From NCBI GenBank assembly GCA_001599295.1, contig BCGN01000005.1:930001-994000 (forward strand): a stretch of 64,000 nt of DNA, in the 5' to 3' direction. The stretch comes from Sporopachydermia quercuum (taxonomy: Eukaryota). Of the stretch, positions 25,369 to 35,643 are shown in pieces (the first letter of the stretch is position 1; every line of letters begins with the position of its first letter). Below the pieces are notes generated by a model, which was not told the DNA's origin, made no database searches, and saw nothing but the letters and a program-made list of their open reading frames with translations. A program made the position numbers and the translations under genes.

Positions 25369-26949
25369 ATGTATCAAAATAATGGGCAAGTATATGCCCA
25401 AGAAGCTAGCTGTTTCTCTGACACCGGTAGCATATATTTATTTCAGCGGTCAAACGACTCATTTGCTTCAAATCAAGATCTACAAATTGCAGATGGTCCC
25501 AGGTTTCCATCAACTCCTAGTATAAGTTCGATTGGAAAGCCCCTGAAAGAAAAAAGAAGTTCAATGATGCATAAACCCTTAGCTCCCCATCAGCTATCGG
25601 ATACTTCACTTGGCTATTCTCTTGTTGGACTCAACGAGCCTTTGGTACCACCGAAAAGGCCGGGATATAAGTCTTCACCAATGTATCATAATTCGGTTCC
25701 AGCAGCTCATCCACATTTAATGCGTAAGTCGAATCCAGAGTTGGTTACATCACAGCTTCAGCCTAAGTCATATCATCAATCGAATTATGGATCTCAGTTT
25801 CTTCCGCGTCATCAATTGCATTCAAAGCAATCTCAGCAATTTCAACAGCCACATCATCCCAATCACCACCCTTCGCACAGTATGTCCTACCCTCAGCTTA
25901 ATAATACCCCAAACCGTGTACAACAACCACGACAAGGCAATTATGGACCTTATAAAAGTAGCATGCAACAACAACAGCCACAGCAGCCTCTCTCGGCTAA
26001 TGACAAAGAAAATGAGCCCGTAGTACCTTCGAATTATAAGCTATACGAACCTTATAAACCAGGGCGCGGAGAAGAAGCACAACCAATGAACGTGTTGGAA
26101 GCTCCCAAAATTCCAAAAAATACCTCTTTTCATTCAGATGTTTCAAGCTTTTGCAGCGATAAACTGATATTTTCAGATTCAGAACTTTCAAACTGTTCCA
26201 ACTCAAATTCTCCTTTGCAAACAGAGCTTGAGAAACAATCATCATCATCTTTGACGCCACTTCAGATCAAAGCGAAAGAAGAAGAGCAAAAACAACTAAT
26301 CAAACAGAAAGATGGTCTGATAAAGGACTTGAAACAACAAGTCGATGGACTGAAAACAATGGTAGCTTTTCTGCAATCGGAAACCGATCAATCAAAAGAA
26401 CTCGTCGACGAGCTGAAATCTTCAGTTGAGAAAACAGAATCTGCCAATGAAGACCTCCGAAAAGATTTATTAGAGAGACAATCGACAGAAAACTTCCTTG
26501 TGGAGTTGGCTACTTTTTTGAGTGATACCAAGACACTATCGCATTTGCCTACAGAGAATCTGGCAGAGGCAAAAGCCCTATTTGTTTCATCATACCAAAA
26601 GAAATTCCCTGATCTTCATCAAAGTATAGCAGCAGCTCAAAATCCAGCAAAACCGCCGGATTCTGTAATTGGCACACCTATAAAGCAAATCAACTCACCA
26701 TCGTCTAGATTTCAAGCTGAAATAGAGAAGGAAAATACTACTGAGGTTTATCGTGATGCATATTTGAAGTTACTGGATAATTATAACGTTGTTGTATCAA
26801 AGACAGAGGGGAGAATAAAAACATTAGAAGGTGAAATGACGCTAACGAGGAAAGGACACCGTACAATGCAAGGTAGAACAACTGTTAGACCTAGTTATTT
26901 ACGACTGGTAGAGACGATACCGAATCAAATATATGACTCTTACATATAA
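25369..26949 (+). CDS. Hypothetical protein: S/P/Q/H-rich disordered N-half, coiled-coil C-half
   Basis: 526-codon ORF with ATG in A-rich context; heptad-like segment at about aa 295-380; no family recognised. Confidence 0.75.
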   Translation: MYQNNGQVYAQEASCFSDTGSIYLFQRSNDSFASNQDLQIADGPRFPSTPSISSIGKPLKEKRSSMMHKPLAPHQLSDTSLGYSLVGLNEPLVPPKRPGYKSSPMYHNSVPAAHPHLMRKSNPELVTSQLQPKSYHQSNYGSQFLPRHQLHSKQSQQFQQPHHPNHHPSHSMSYPQLNNTPNRVQQPRQGNYGPYKSSMQQQQPQQPLSANDKENEPVVPSNYKLYEPYKPGRGEEAQPMNVLEAPKIPKNTSFHSDVSSFCSDKLIFSDSELSNCSNSNSPLQTELEKQSSSSLTPLQIKAKEEEQKQLIKQKDGLIKDLKQQVDGLKTMVAFLQSETDQSKELVDELKSSVEKTESANEDLRKDLLERQSTENFLVELATFLSDTKTLSHLPTENLAEAKALFVSSYQKKFPDLHQSIAAAQNPAKPPDSVIGTPIKQINSPSSRFQAEIEKENTTEVYRDAYLKLLDNYNVVVSKTEGRIKTLEGEMTLTRKGHRTMQGRTTVRPSYLRLVETIPNQIYDSYI

Positions 26950-27166
26950 GCGCAGATTTCGAGTTTTTCGGGCAGGTATGAGGAAAGTGGTTAACAGGAA
27001 TGAAACTTAACTAGATAGTGATTAATAAACAATTCTGTATATTACCTATATTTACTTTTATCAATAGTATGGAAGAAAGAATAATACAAGCGATCAGCTG
27101 ACTTNATTTCTAGAACTGAGTTTCTAAATGGTTTGATTATTTATTAAAGTGCTAGTTTTATGCAGG

Positions 27167-28429
27167 CTATAAAGCATCATATGATGGGCTACCTCGATTC
27201 CCATCAATAGATGATAATGTTACTATAGGGGCATTCGATAATGGTGTTGATTCAGAGGCTCTGGCTTCGAGGATATCTCTTGGTCTAACGGTATCTGGAA
27301 TTGGTAAAGCCATAACAGGACTAGTAGATGTCATTTCTGGAACGTGCATTGTTTGATTGGAAATAACAGTAGAAACCGCTTTATAGTCCAAGATTCGGGG
27401 TTTTCTATATTTGAACCATTGAATCAACATCATAATATCAAATGAGACGGTACCAGCACTTCCCATTAGATATGGTAATTCTTTGAGCAAAAATTCGGTG
27501 CCTTCTCCACCAGGAACCCTAGCAGCAGGTGACGTTAAAATGGAGATAGTGTAAAAAGAGTTCCCAAGTAGCGCGGCCAAAAATAATAATATTGAAATCC
27601 CCGATGTTGATTTTCTAGTGTAGTTCTTGTATAGCTGTGGGAGTCTTGAACAAAGATACAGGAAGGTACAACACCATGCAATTGTCAGTCCAATATCATT
27701 AGTTGTAACTGATCTAACATTGACAATATCGGTGTTCCCTATTGGTAAAGGATATGCATGAGCCTTTGCAAATCCTGATACAAATGAGGAAGATACTAGA
27801 GATCCCAATGAGAAAAAGTTCTTCTGAGTCTTCACATTTTGATTTATAGNTACAGGATCTCTGATGTGTTCTTGGGGAATTTCTGCTGGAGGATGTGATT
27901 CCATGAAAGCGACATTTTCATCTTCAAAGTTGTTAAAATAATCAGGGTATATAGAATTACTCGATGTTATTGGTTCTAGCTGGTTATTTTTTCTTAACCG
28001 ACTATGACTTCTATGGTGGTGATGATAATTATGTACATAACCCTTTGGATATCTTGATCTTAATCTAGAAGCTTTTCTGGTATAGTAAACAAACTGTGAA
28101 GCGAGTATTGCGTCAATGATTAGATAATAAAATGACAGAAGTGTTTGAAAAGGAAGTTGGTGAGTCAGTATACATCCAAAGAAATTTGCTAAATCTCCAG
28201 TAAACCAAATCAGCAAGAATGTCAGTGAAACACCTTCCACGGACCCATTTCTATAATTTGTAATGATTTGAGGTAGTTGGGCGCATAACCAACATGCCAT
28301 AGATAAATAGCCTGTGATCCATGATACTGCACTCACAGGACCGTAAACACACGACCCGCTTAAGTGTTCAATAAAACCTATTAGTTTGTCGTGGTCCACT
28401 CGAAGTGCACAATGAAAATGAGTTGCCAT
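27167..28429 (-). CDS. PQ-loop vacuolar cationic amino acid transporter (Ypq2-like)
   Basis: Two PQ loops (CAQLPQIITNY, CSRLPQLYKNY), WFTGD...QLPFQ, LPYLMGSAGTVSFD. Confidence 0.9.
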   Translation of the reverse strand: MATHFHCALRVDHDKLIGFIEHLSGSCVYGPVSAVSWITGYLSMACWLCAQLPQIITNYRNGSVEGVSLTFLLIWFTGDLANFFGCILTHQLPFQTLLSFYYLIIDAILASQFVYYTRKASRLRSRYPKGYVHNYHHHHRSHSRLRKNNQLEPITSSNSIYPDYFNNFEDENVAFMESHPPAEIPQEHIRDPVXINQNVKTQKNFFSLGSLVSSSFVSGFAKAHAYPLPIGNTDIVNVRSVTTNDIGLTIAWCCTFLYLCSRLPQLYKNYTRKSTSGISILLFLAALLGNSFYTISILTSPAARVPGGEGTEFLLKELPYLMGSAGTVSFDIMMLIQWFKYRKPRILDYKAVSTVISNQTMHVPEMTSTSPVMALPIPDTVRPRDILEARASESTPLSNAPIVTLSSIDGNRGSPSYDAL

Positions 28430-29409
28430 CTAAGATAACTTAGTTCCTTCGAATAATCTCTGTTGCTTTCTTTTTTCAAAAAATCCTCTGAAAATTCTGA
28501 ACGGAAGGAACTATAAAATGGCGATCAAATTTTTCTTCGCAGGAATAAGACACCTTAATGACAAACACAATATCAAACTTATGTCGTATTGTTTCAAATT
28601 CAATCAACTAAATGTCAACAACTAAATTATAGCTTTCCCTTGGAAATACTTTCTGACAACAAGATATGAACAATAATTTTGATTTAGTTCAGCGTCTTGC
28701 CTTCAAATTCGATTGTTTCTCGTGTCGTGTGAATGACTGTATACACTGACTGAGACGATAGTAACGAAAACGATATATGGACAGAGTAGCGCGGGTTCCA
28801 CTCTAAGCTAATATCAACTCTTCAATCTTATGGTTCCAGTTAGTTAACTATTAAAATAATCACATGCACTATTAAGTATATTCTATGAAAATACTTTGAC
28901 AACCCTAGCAATCCAGGCGTTGTATATTAACCTGATCGATGACTTCCACATCAAAAGCAAACTGCACCAAATGATCTGGTCAAAACAAATCAATACTACT
29001 TACTTCGATATTTACAATAATCAAGACTCGAACTCCCAATATAACTGCACATTCAACCTTCAAAACAAATCTTGACAGGTAGTCCTCTCCTATTAAACCT
29101 TCTTCTGTACATTTATCAAACGTCAAGCAGTTCTTCCAACTCTACTACCCGCCAATTCTCTGGCAAGTCTCCCATCAAAAGTTGTTGATAGAGCGAAAAC
29201 TCACTAGTTACTGTTCAGTGACTCTTCTGTCGAGGTTATCTAGCATAATTACCTTTTTAGTTCAGTGGCTCCGTTATATGCATGAAACTGATAACTCTAA
29301 TTTCAAATCAAGAATGAAGGAAGAAAAGTACGTGAGATATGAAATGAAAAAGAACTGCTTATAAACGAAATATTGTTCTATTTATATTTTAGTTATATGT
29401 ATATATGAT

Positions 29410-30135
29410 GATATATTTCAGATACAAAGTTTGTTAGCAGTGTGTATGGTCTATATCCGAATGAACTGGTGTTCATTTGAGTCATACATGCATGGGATGT
29501 GTTTGCATGGGATTGAACTAGTTGGGCTGGGTTTGAGGCGAAGGATGAAAAGAATTGTAAGGCGATGTGATGCGTCTGCTTGAACAGGGTGCAAACGGTT
29601 AGTTGGTAGAGAAGAATAAACAACTGATGTGGATCTAATGATACGATCCAACACTTACATAAATTTTCAGCTTAGAAGTAAGAATTCAAGAGAAAAGTGT
29701 GTTAAGGGATTGAAGAGAATTCTGAAGGTGCGTGATACATAGGATAAAGGAGAAAGTAAATATTCTGGTTGGCCATGGAACGTCTTGGATATCAGTTTTT
29801 ATCTCCTTTTTACAGACTGAAGAATACGATCATACTCATGCATATGATAGTGAATACAAATACACTGCGGGTGTAGAGAAAATCGTATGTAACAGCCGCA
29901 GTGGAGGCATTGGGGGCTTGAGTTCTAAATTCAATGCCTCAACAGTGCATGATAAGTTTTTTTGGAGCTGTTCTGGATTCTTGGTGTGGAAAGTTTTCTT
30001 GAAGCCTCGGGTTTTCATTTAATACTTCGATCTTTTGGAATATACATAGGACTATTGACATCTCAACCCTTGAGGCAGGCGCTTGGTGATTTTGTCCATC
30101 ACAGTTCTTCCAACTCATTATCTATTCACAAGTCC
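29410..30135 (+). ncRNA. Candidate long structured non-coding RNA of unknown class
   Basis: At least seven 6-9 bp helices, several with G-U pairs that favour the + strand; flanked by AT-rich tracts; no credible ORF. Boundaries approximate. Confidence 0.4.
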
Positions 30136-30381
30136 CTTAATATATTATTGAANANAAGAAATATTGATTTATAAATTTCTCGTATTAAAAACAAACATAG
30201 AATGCAGCATATGCAAATTGTATAATCATTAGGTTAAACTAGGTCCATAATTTCAAGAAAGACGAGAACGCCAAACCTCGTTTGCAGATAAACCGTAAGA
30301 ACCAAACGAATCATGTTTTTTCTATCAGTTGAGCCTTCGAACCCAACTATTCAAACAACTATTCTCTGATTGTTGGTATAT

Positions 30382-30838
30382 TTACTCGTCATCTTCGTCT
30401 TCTTCATCACCTTCTTCTATATACTTGCTTTTGATGTCAGCCCAAAGTTTCTAGTTTTGTTAGTTTCNTATACCTTCAATTATATCAACTAATGATTTCA
30501 AAATATGCTTACACCCTTGTTGTGACTAGCCCAGAATTTATCAATGGCAACATTGTAGAAACTATGGTAAGTTGTTAGTATTACTTACATTAAAAGCATG
30601 CTCTTCTGCACATCTCGGACATATCAACTACTCTTCATTTTATTGAACATATTGAACATCAATAATGACATACCCTTGGAAAGCGAATGTGCCAGCAAAT
30701 ACAGTGGCAACAAAGACACTGTTTCTCATGAACAGACTTCTGTAGATAGTTGTGAAGCTCTAATAACAACATGTTAATAACAATTCATGAAGTCCCAAAC
30801 TCTTCATGTCTTTCATCATCAACAAATTTGCATACCAT
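30382..30838 (-). CDS. QCR9: Cytochrome bc1 complex subunit 9, 4 exons, 68 aa
   Basis: Exons 30838-30836 (ATG), 30759-30674, 30561-30513 and 30450-30382 give MSFTTIYRSLFMRNSVFVATVFAGTFAFQGFYNVAIDKFWASHNKGKLWADIKSKYIEEGDEEDEDDE. Donors GTATGC/GTATGT/GTAAGC; branch points TATTAAC/TACTAAC/AACTAAC. Confidence 0.95.
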
Positions 30839-31439
30839 TTTGACTATTCGATTCTAATACTTTGTGACAGTCGTGTTTACTTTTAGTACAAGTCTTCCGC
30901 TCGAATCTACTGTTGATTGTAGGCAGTATCGACGTATACTATATTTATAATTATAAAAATTTATCTGTTGCTTGCTGTGTGGTCTTAGAAATCAACGAAT
31001 CTTCATCGGGAATTGGGTGTAATAACTAATTTCCTTTTAGTAGTAACTTTCTCCCTTTCTTTCATTGGCTGTAAGTATATGAGTTAAAAACGATTGAGTG
31101 TGTAATGGGACAGTAGAAAGTGGCTTTATATTTACGTCATCAATTATTGCTAGACATTCACTGCTGATTAGGTAATCTTTTATTGACACAGGGGAAGCAC
31201 ATCGTTTATGGCGAGGGGAAAGTAACTAATTGAAGAATGGGCTATCTATGACACTTCTATTGTATTTGTTCAATAATGGAATTGTAATGCGATATAACTA
31301 ATATTACAATACTGAAAGCTCGCAAATTGCAGAAATCTGGTACATTGTGCTGACGGATTTGCGTAGTATGAGGAAGTATAGTTATCGAAAATAGTTTCTA
31401 ACTGTTTTTCACATCTAATCATGTGTCTTGAGTTGTATT

Positions 31440-32282
31440 ATGGAACAGCAAGAGTTTAAACCATCAGGTATTCATGCTGATGAAAAGGGGGAATTGGTAT
31501 TTGGGGGTAGTAAAAGAACGGATGGTACGATAAGAAAAATTGTAAAAGTTAGGCCTGGTTTTACACCTCAAGAAGACGTTCCCCGGTATACAGGATCTGT
31601 AGCTCGCAAGAGGAGGACCCAAAAACTAAATCAACCTCAAGGTATTGAAGCATCAACGGATACAGTGAAAGCAGATACAGTTTGGCCGTCAAGAAGAGCA
31701 AAAGGCCCATTTGATGAGATAAACTCTATAATTTCTTCTGATAAAAACAAAGAATTAAAGAAGGGAAATGCTAAAACCATTACACAGCTCAATGGTAACA
31801 TAAAGAAAACAGAGAAGAATAATGAGTTGGGTGATCTGACTGATAGTATTTCAAATTTGAAACTATACAATGCTAAAGTACTTGTTAACAAGGCAGAAAA
31901 ACAGGAAAATGATGAACAACTTTTGAGTAAAGAAGAAAAAAGAGAACAGATGCGGAAAACTAGACTTGAGTTCCGTAAACAGAGGATTGAAGCCCAAAAA
32001 CTGAAGAACACATCATGGTTCTCAGGTCAAAATAGCGAGAAAGATGCTGCAGAATTGATCGAGCAAAATAAAACTGAACCATTGGATATCATTAAAAGCA
32101 AAAGGAAGGAAATTGAAAACTCTACGAGTAAAGAGATATTGGAANATCAAAAAGTATCCGATAAGAGCAAGGTCAAATCTAAGAGTAATATCGAATCAAA
32201 AGATAACTTTACAATGGAAGACCTAGATTTTAGCTCGATGAATATATCAAAAACCTTAGACTGGGCCGAAGATGACGCTTAG
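31440..32282 (+). CDS. PYM/WIBG-family Mago-Y14 (exon junction complex) binding protein
   Basis: N-terminal SKRTDGTIRKIVKVRPGFTPQEDVPRY matches the Mago-binding motif; Lys/Glu-rich remainder; first ATG at 31440. Confidence 0.85.
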   Translation: MEQQEFKPSGIHADEKGELVFGGSKRTDGTIRKIVKVRPGFTPQEDVPRYTGSVARKRRTQKLNQPQGIEASTDTVKADTVWPSRRAKGPFDEINSIISSDKNKELKKGNAKTITQLNGNIKKTEKNNELGDLTDSISNLKLYNAKVLVNKAEKQENDEQLLSKEEKREQMRKTRLEFRKQRIEAQKLKNTSWFSGQNSEKDAAELIEQNKTEPLDIIKSKRKEIENSTSKEILEXQKVSDKSKVKSKSNIESKDNFTMEDLDFSSMNISKTLDWAEDDA

Positions 32283-33293
32283 CATTGGAGGGTTATATAA
32301 CATGTGTGTACTATTATCATTGCTTCATAATATAATTAATTTAAGTATTGTAGATCAAACACCCTAGGTGAGTGTCAGAACTTATGTGAAAAAAGAGTAT
32401 GAGTCCAGATTTCTTNTCCATTTACTGTTTTTCTTAGAAGTAGCGCGATCAAAGAATATTTTCTACTTATCAGAACATCAAAGCAATACATTATTGTATG
32501 AAAGGGTTTTCATATGATAAGTGGTCATCATAATTGGACCGTATCATCAGGTTTATATTATTATTTGTTCGTACTATCCAAATCAAAAAATAACCTACGG
32601 GCAATCAGACCTTATAACTTTATCGAAATGTCATTATTACAAATTTCACTCCATTTCTACGATCCTGGCCTGGCCTCTTGGACAATGAGTGATGAAGAAA
32701 TAATTTTGATATCACTCCCCCAAAGTTTATTACCTTTTTTAATAATAACCTAAATTCATAGAATTGTTTTAATCAGTANTTCATAAAGTAGGGGTGTCAA
32801 TTATGTTTAAAGAGTCCCTAAAAACGCAAAACATAAGCNATTTCTATAAATATCTCCAAACACTCATAATAACTACTTTGATTCATGAAGTTTAAGGGAA
32901 CCATCTCTCTTGGCTTAAATCATAGTTTTTCCTTTCTTTGATGACTCCCATGTTCATTGCCCTCATCACTGTAAATCCAATTTTACATGATCCAAAAACT
33001 TTAACCTTTCAATCATGCAGTATTTTTGAAANTATCCTCATCATATGCATGGTATTCTTTATTTATGCATTCATTAACCTGGAAAAACCATTTGACTAAT
33101 GTACCTGCAGCTCAAGCATAAATAACTACTAAGAATGGCTGGTTATCATTTTGGGATAAAACAGATGAAAAAGAAACTAATTACCATAAAGGGCTCAAAA
33201 CCTAATGGTCGATGAGCTACTGATGGCGCAGACCATTACCATACTTGGCACCAAAATTAGTTTAAAGTTCTTTTACTGAACTTTAAGATAAAT

Positions 33294-33300
33294 CGCGAAA
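33294..33300 (+). promoter_or_regulatory. SCB element CGCGAAA upstream of CRH1
   Basis: Exact SBF consensus ~370 nt upstream of the ATG; plausible for a cell-wall gene. Confidence 0.35.
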
Positions 33301-33664
33301 CTGTAAAAAGACTCAATTACTTGCTCTGTTTACCACATTAGGAAATAATTCATGTCGCGTTTAACTTTCAGACATAAGTAAGGTTATTTCGAGGTTATAT
33401 TTAGAAACAATGGAGAAGCAAGATGAAGAAAAAACGTTGAATCATGAAAACTTGAGAAATTATTATTGCAAGAGTCAAATCAGTCTGATATATAAGGAGG
33501 GTGGATAGCCACTCCTTTGATTTTCTCAAATGAACTGCTTCTTTTTGTAGCTTGGGAGTAATCGAAAAACCATCAACTACATACAACAAAGAGTTAGTAT
33601 CAAACAATAGTAAGCAGTTTACGCTACACTAACTACTAGTGAAGAACAACATCTACATATAAAA

Positions 33665-35029
33665 ATGTACTTTAGACCATCAGTCTTTCTATCAGCAGCT
33701 GCTTTTGCACGCGTGGCACTGGCTGAAGTTGCAGCTGGCGACTCTTTCCCTGCTTTAGGTAAATCAATTGAAGTTAACTTCCAAGATGGGGCTTCACCAT
33801 ACTTCAACGGATACTTATCTACTGACACTATTTCCTACAGCTCTGAAGATGGATTGGATCTTGAAATCAAAGAAAGACTTAACAATCCTGCTCTTAAGTC
33901 CAGCTTCTATATCATGTTCGGTAAAATTGAAGCAGTAGTGAAAGCTGCCAGTGGCACTGGTATTGTCTCGTCTTTATTCTTACAGTCTGAAGATGGTGAT
34001 GAAATTGACTGGGAATGGACTGGTGGTGATCCTTACCATGTTCAATCAAATTTTTTTTCTAAGGGACATCTTGGTACTTATGATAGAGGTGGAATGCATG
34101 ATGTGACAGACCCTCAAGACAACTATTACACATATACTATTGACTGGACTTTAAGTGGAACCACTTTCTCAGTCAATGGTGAACAAGTTAGATTTTTACC
34201 GAACAACACTGATCAAGGTTATCCTCAATCTCCTATGGCTGTCTTTATCAGTCTTTGGGCTGGTGGTGATTCATCAAACGCTCCTGGTACCATTGAATGG
34301 GCTGGTGGTGTTACCGACTACTCCCAATTACCATTTAATATGTATGTCAAGAGTATAAATGTTGCCGACTATTCTACTGGAACCGAATACGTTTATGAAG
34401 ATACCAGTGGATCTTGGACTGAAATCAGAGCTGTTGATGGTCAAATCAATGGCAGAGCCGATGATGCTGATGAATACGAAACTGCTAGTCCTACAACAAT
34501 TGATAGCACTTCTACTACTGAATCCTCTACTGAATCCTCTAGCACTTCTACTACTGAATCCTCTACTGAATCCTCTAGCACTTCTACTACTGAATCCTCT
34601 ACTGAATCACCTACTACCGAATCTGCGGAATCCTCCTCAAGCACTGAGGTTACCACAACTTCCAGTGCCGAATATACTACAAGCAGCACTGAAGCTGAAA
34701 GCATCACTACTTCCGTCGAACCAAGCACTACTTCATCAAGTTCATCAAGCATATCCATTGTTCCTACAACGAACTCCACAACTGGTATTCCAACCACCTC
34801 AAGCTCAATCATAGAGAGCCCAACGTCTACAGTCGCTCCTCCATCTTCCTCTACTCTTACTACATTCACTAGAAACACAACTACATCAGCATCTGCTACT
34901 CAAAATTCAACTTCCTTACCTACTAGTACTGCATCAATTTCATCAACTATTAACGGTGCTCTAAAATCACCAGGGCAGTCCATTATTTTTGGAATTGCCG
35001 CTGGTATTTTGGGTATGCTTTTTGTGTAA
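33665..35029 (+). CDS. CRH1: GH16 chitin transglycosylase, GPI-anchored cell wall protein
   Basis: Signal peptide, catalytic DEIDWE, QSNFFSKG, GYPQSPM, WAGGD...GTIEWAGG, S/T-rich stalk, hydrophobic GPI tail. Confidence 0.9.
   Translation: MYFRPSVFLSAAAFARVALAEVAAGDSFPALGKSIEVNFQDGASPYFNGYLSTDTISYSSEDGLDLEIKERLNNPALKSSFYIMFGKIEAVVKAASGTGIVSSLFLQSEDGDEIDWEWTGGDPYHVQSNFFSKGHLGTYDRGGMHDVTDPQDNYYTYTIDWTLSGTTFSVNGEQVRFLPNNTDQGYPQSPMAVFISLWAGGDSSNAPGTIEWAGGVTDYSQLPFNMYVKSINVADYSTGTEYVYEDTSGSWTEIRAVDGQINGRADDADEYETASPTTIDSTSTTESSTESSSTSTTESSTESSSTSTTESSTESPTTESAESSSSTEVTTTSSAEYTTSSTEAESITTSVEPSTTSSSSSSISIVPTTNSTTGIPTTSSSIIESPTSTVAPPSSSTLTTFTRNTTTSASATQNSTSLPTSTASISSTINGALKSPGQSIIFGIAAGILGMLFV
34504..34608 (+). 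repeat. 36-nt coding minisatellite, ~2.9 perfect copies (STSTTESSTESS)
   Basis: Unit tagcacttctactactgaatcctctactgaatcctc at 34504 and 34540, partial at 34576. Confidence 0.9.
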
Positions 35030-35643
35030 CGGATTTTTGTTTTATTTAATACGGTAAATTAATTTTGGGATATCGGGCATTTGTTTATCATTCTTATTTA
35101 TTATCATTTCGCATGTCACACATCATCAGTATATAGCTCTTCTAAACATCTAGCTTTGCTACATTCTTGTTGTATCTCGACAATTGCGTTGCCAAGCTTT
35201 CATGTGATATATTTAATGAAAAACTTCTATTTATTTTGATATTCCTTTTCCTCCAGTAATATCGTCGTATCGAGGATAACGAGGATAAATATTCTCTGAA
35301 TAGAAAACTTCTGGAGTAACTCTCGAACTCTCGAGGAAGATTCCCAATGTATATAATTGAACTCTAAAGTATAATTTCACTCAGGTTTAAACCTTAGTTT
35401 TATAAACCTGGTTCAGTTTGAGAGCTGATGTGATACTTTAGCACGTGATCATATGATTTTTCGGCTTCGACATTTCAAATTTTTATGCGCCTCTAAGCAT
35501 TGCTAATGTACTTGAGCTATACCAATAGCAAGTATCACTTATAATATAGATCTTCACTGTTCAAAATACATAGAACATATAAATTAGAAGAGAAACTTGC
35601 TATTTGCATTTAATTCGGTTACATCAAACACACTACCAACAAT

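Noticed and set aside
29022..29037. B-box/T-loop-like GGAGTTCGAGTC on the - strand (similar GTTCGA motifs near 4540, 18603, 30340)
   Set aside because: No T-stem or cloverleaf can be formed; not tRNAs
29478..29486. GAGTCATA as an H/ACA guide for 25S rRNA helix 69
   Set aside because: The matching 5' pocket strand and an H box at the right distance are missing; it is equally a Gcn4-type TGAGTCA site
29128..30116. 15-nt direct repeat CAGTTCTTCCAACTC at 29128-42 and 30102-16
   Set aside because: No LTR or TIR features and no coding remnant between the copies; a few such matches are expected by chance in 64 kb
29393..30174. Five short ORFs (60-96 aa) over the structured segment
   Set aside because: Mostly non-ATG starts, overlapping on both strands, no recognisable domains
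34155..34878. Leu-rich (+) and Val/Glu-rich (-) ORFs of 145-151 aa
   Set aside because: Alternative-frame read-outs of the CRH1 S/T repeat region
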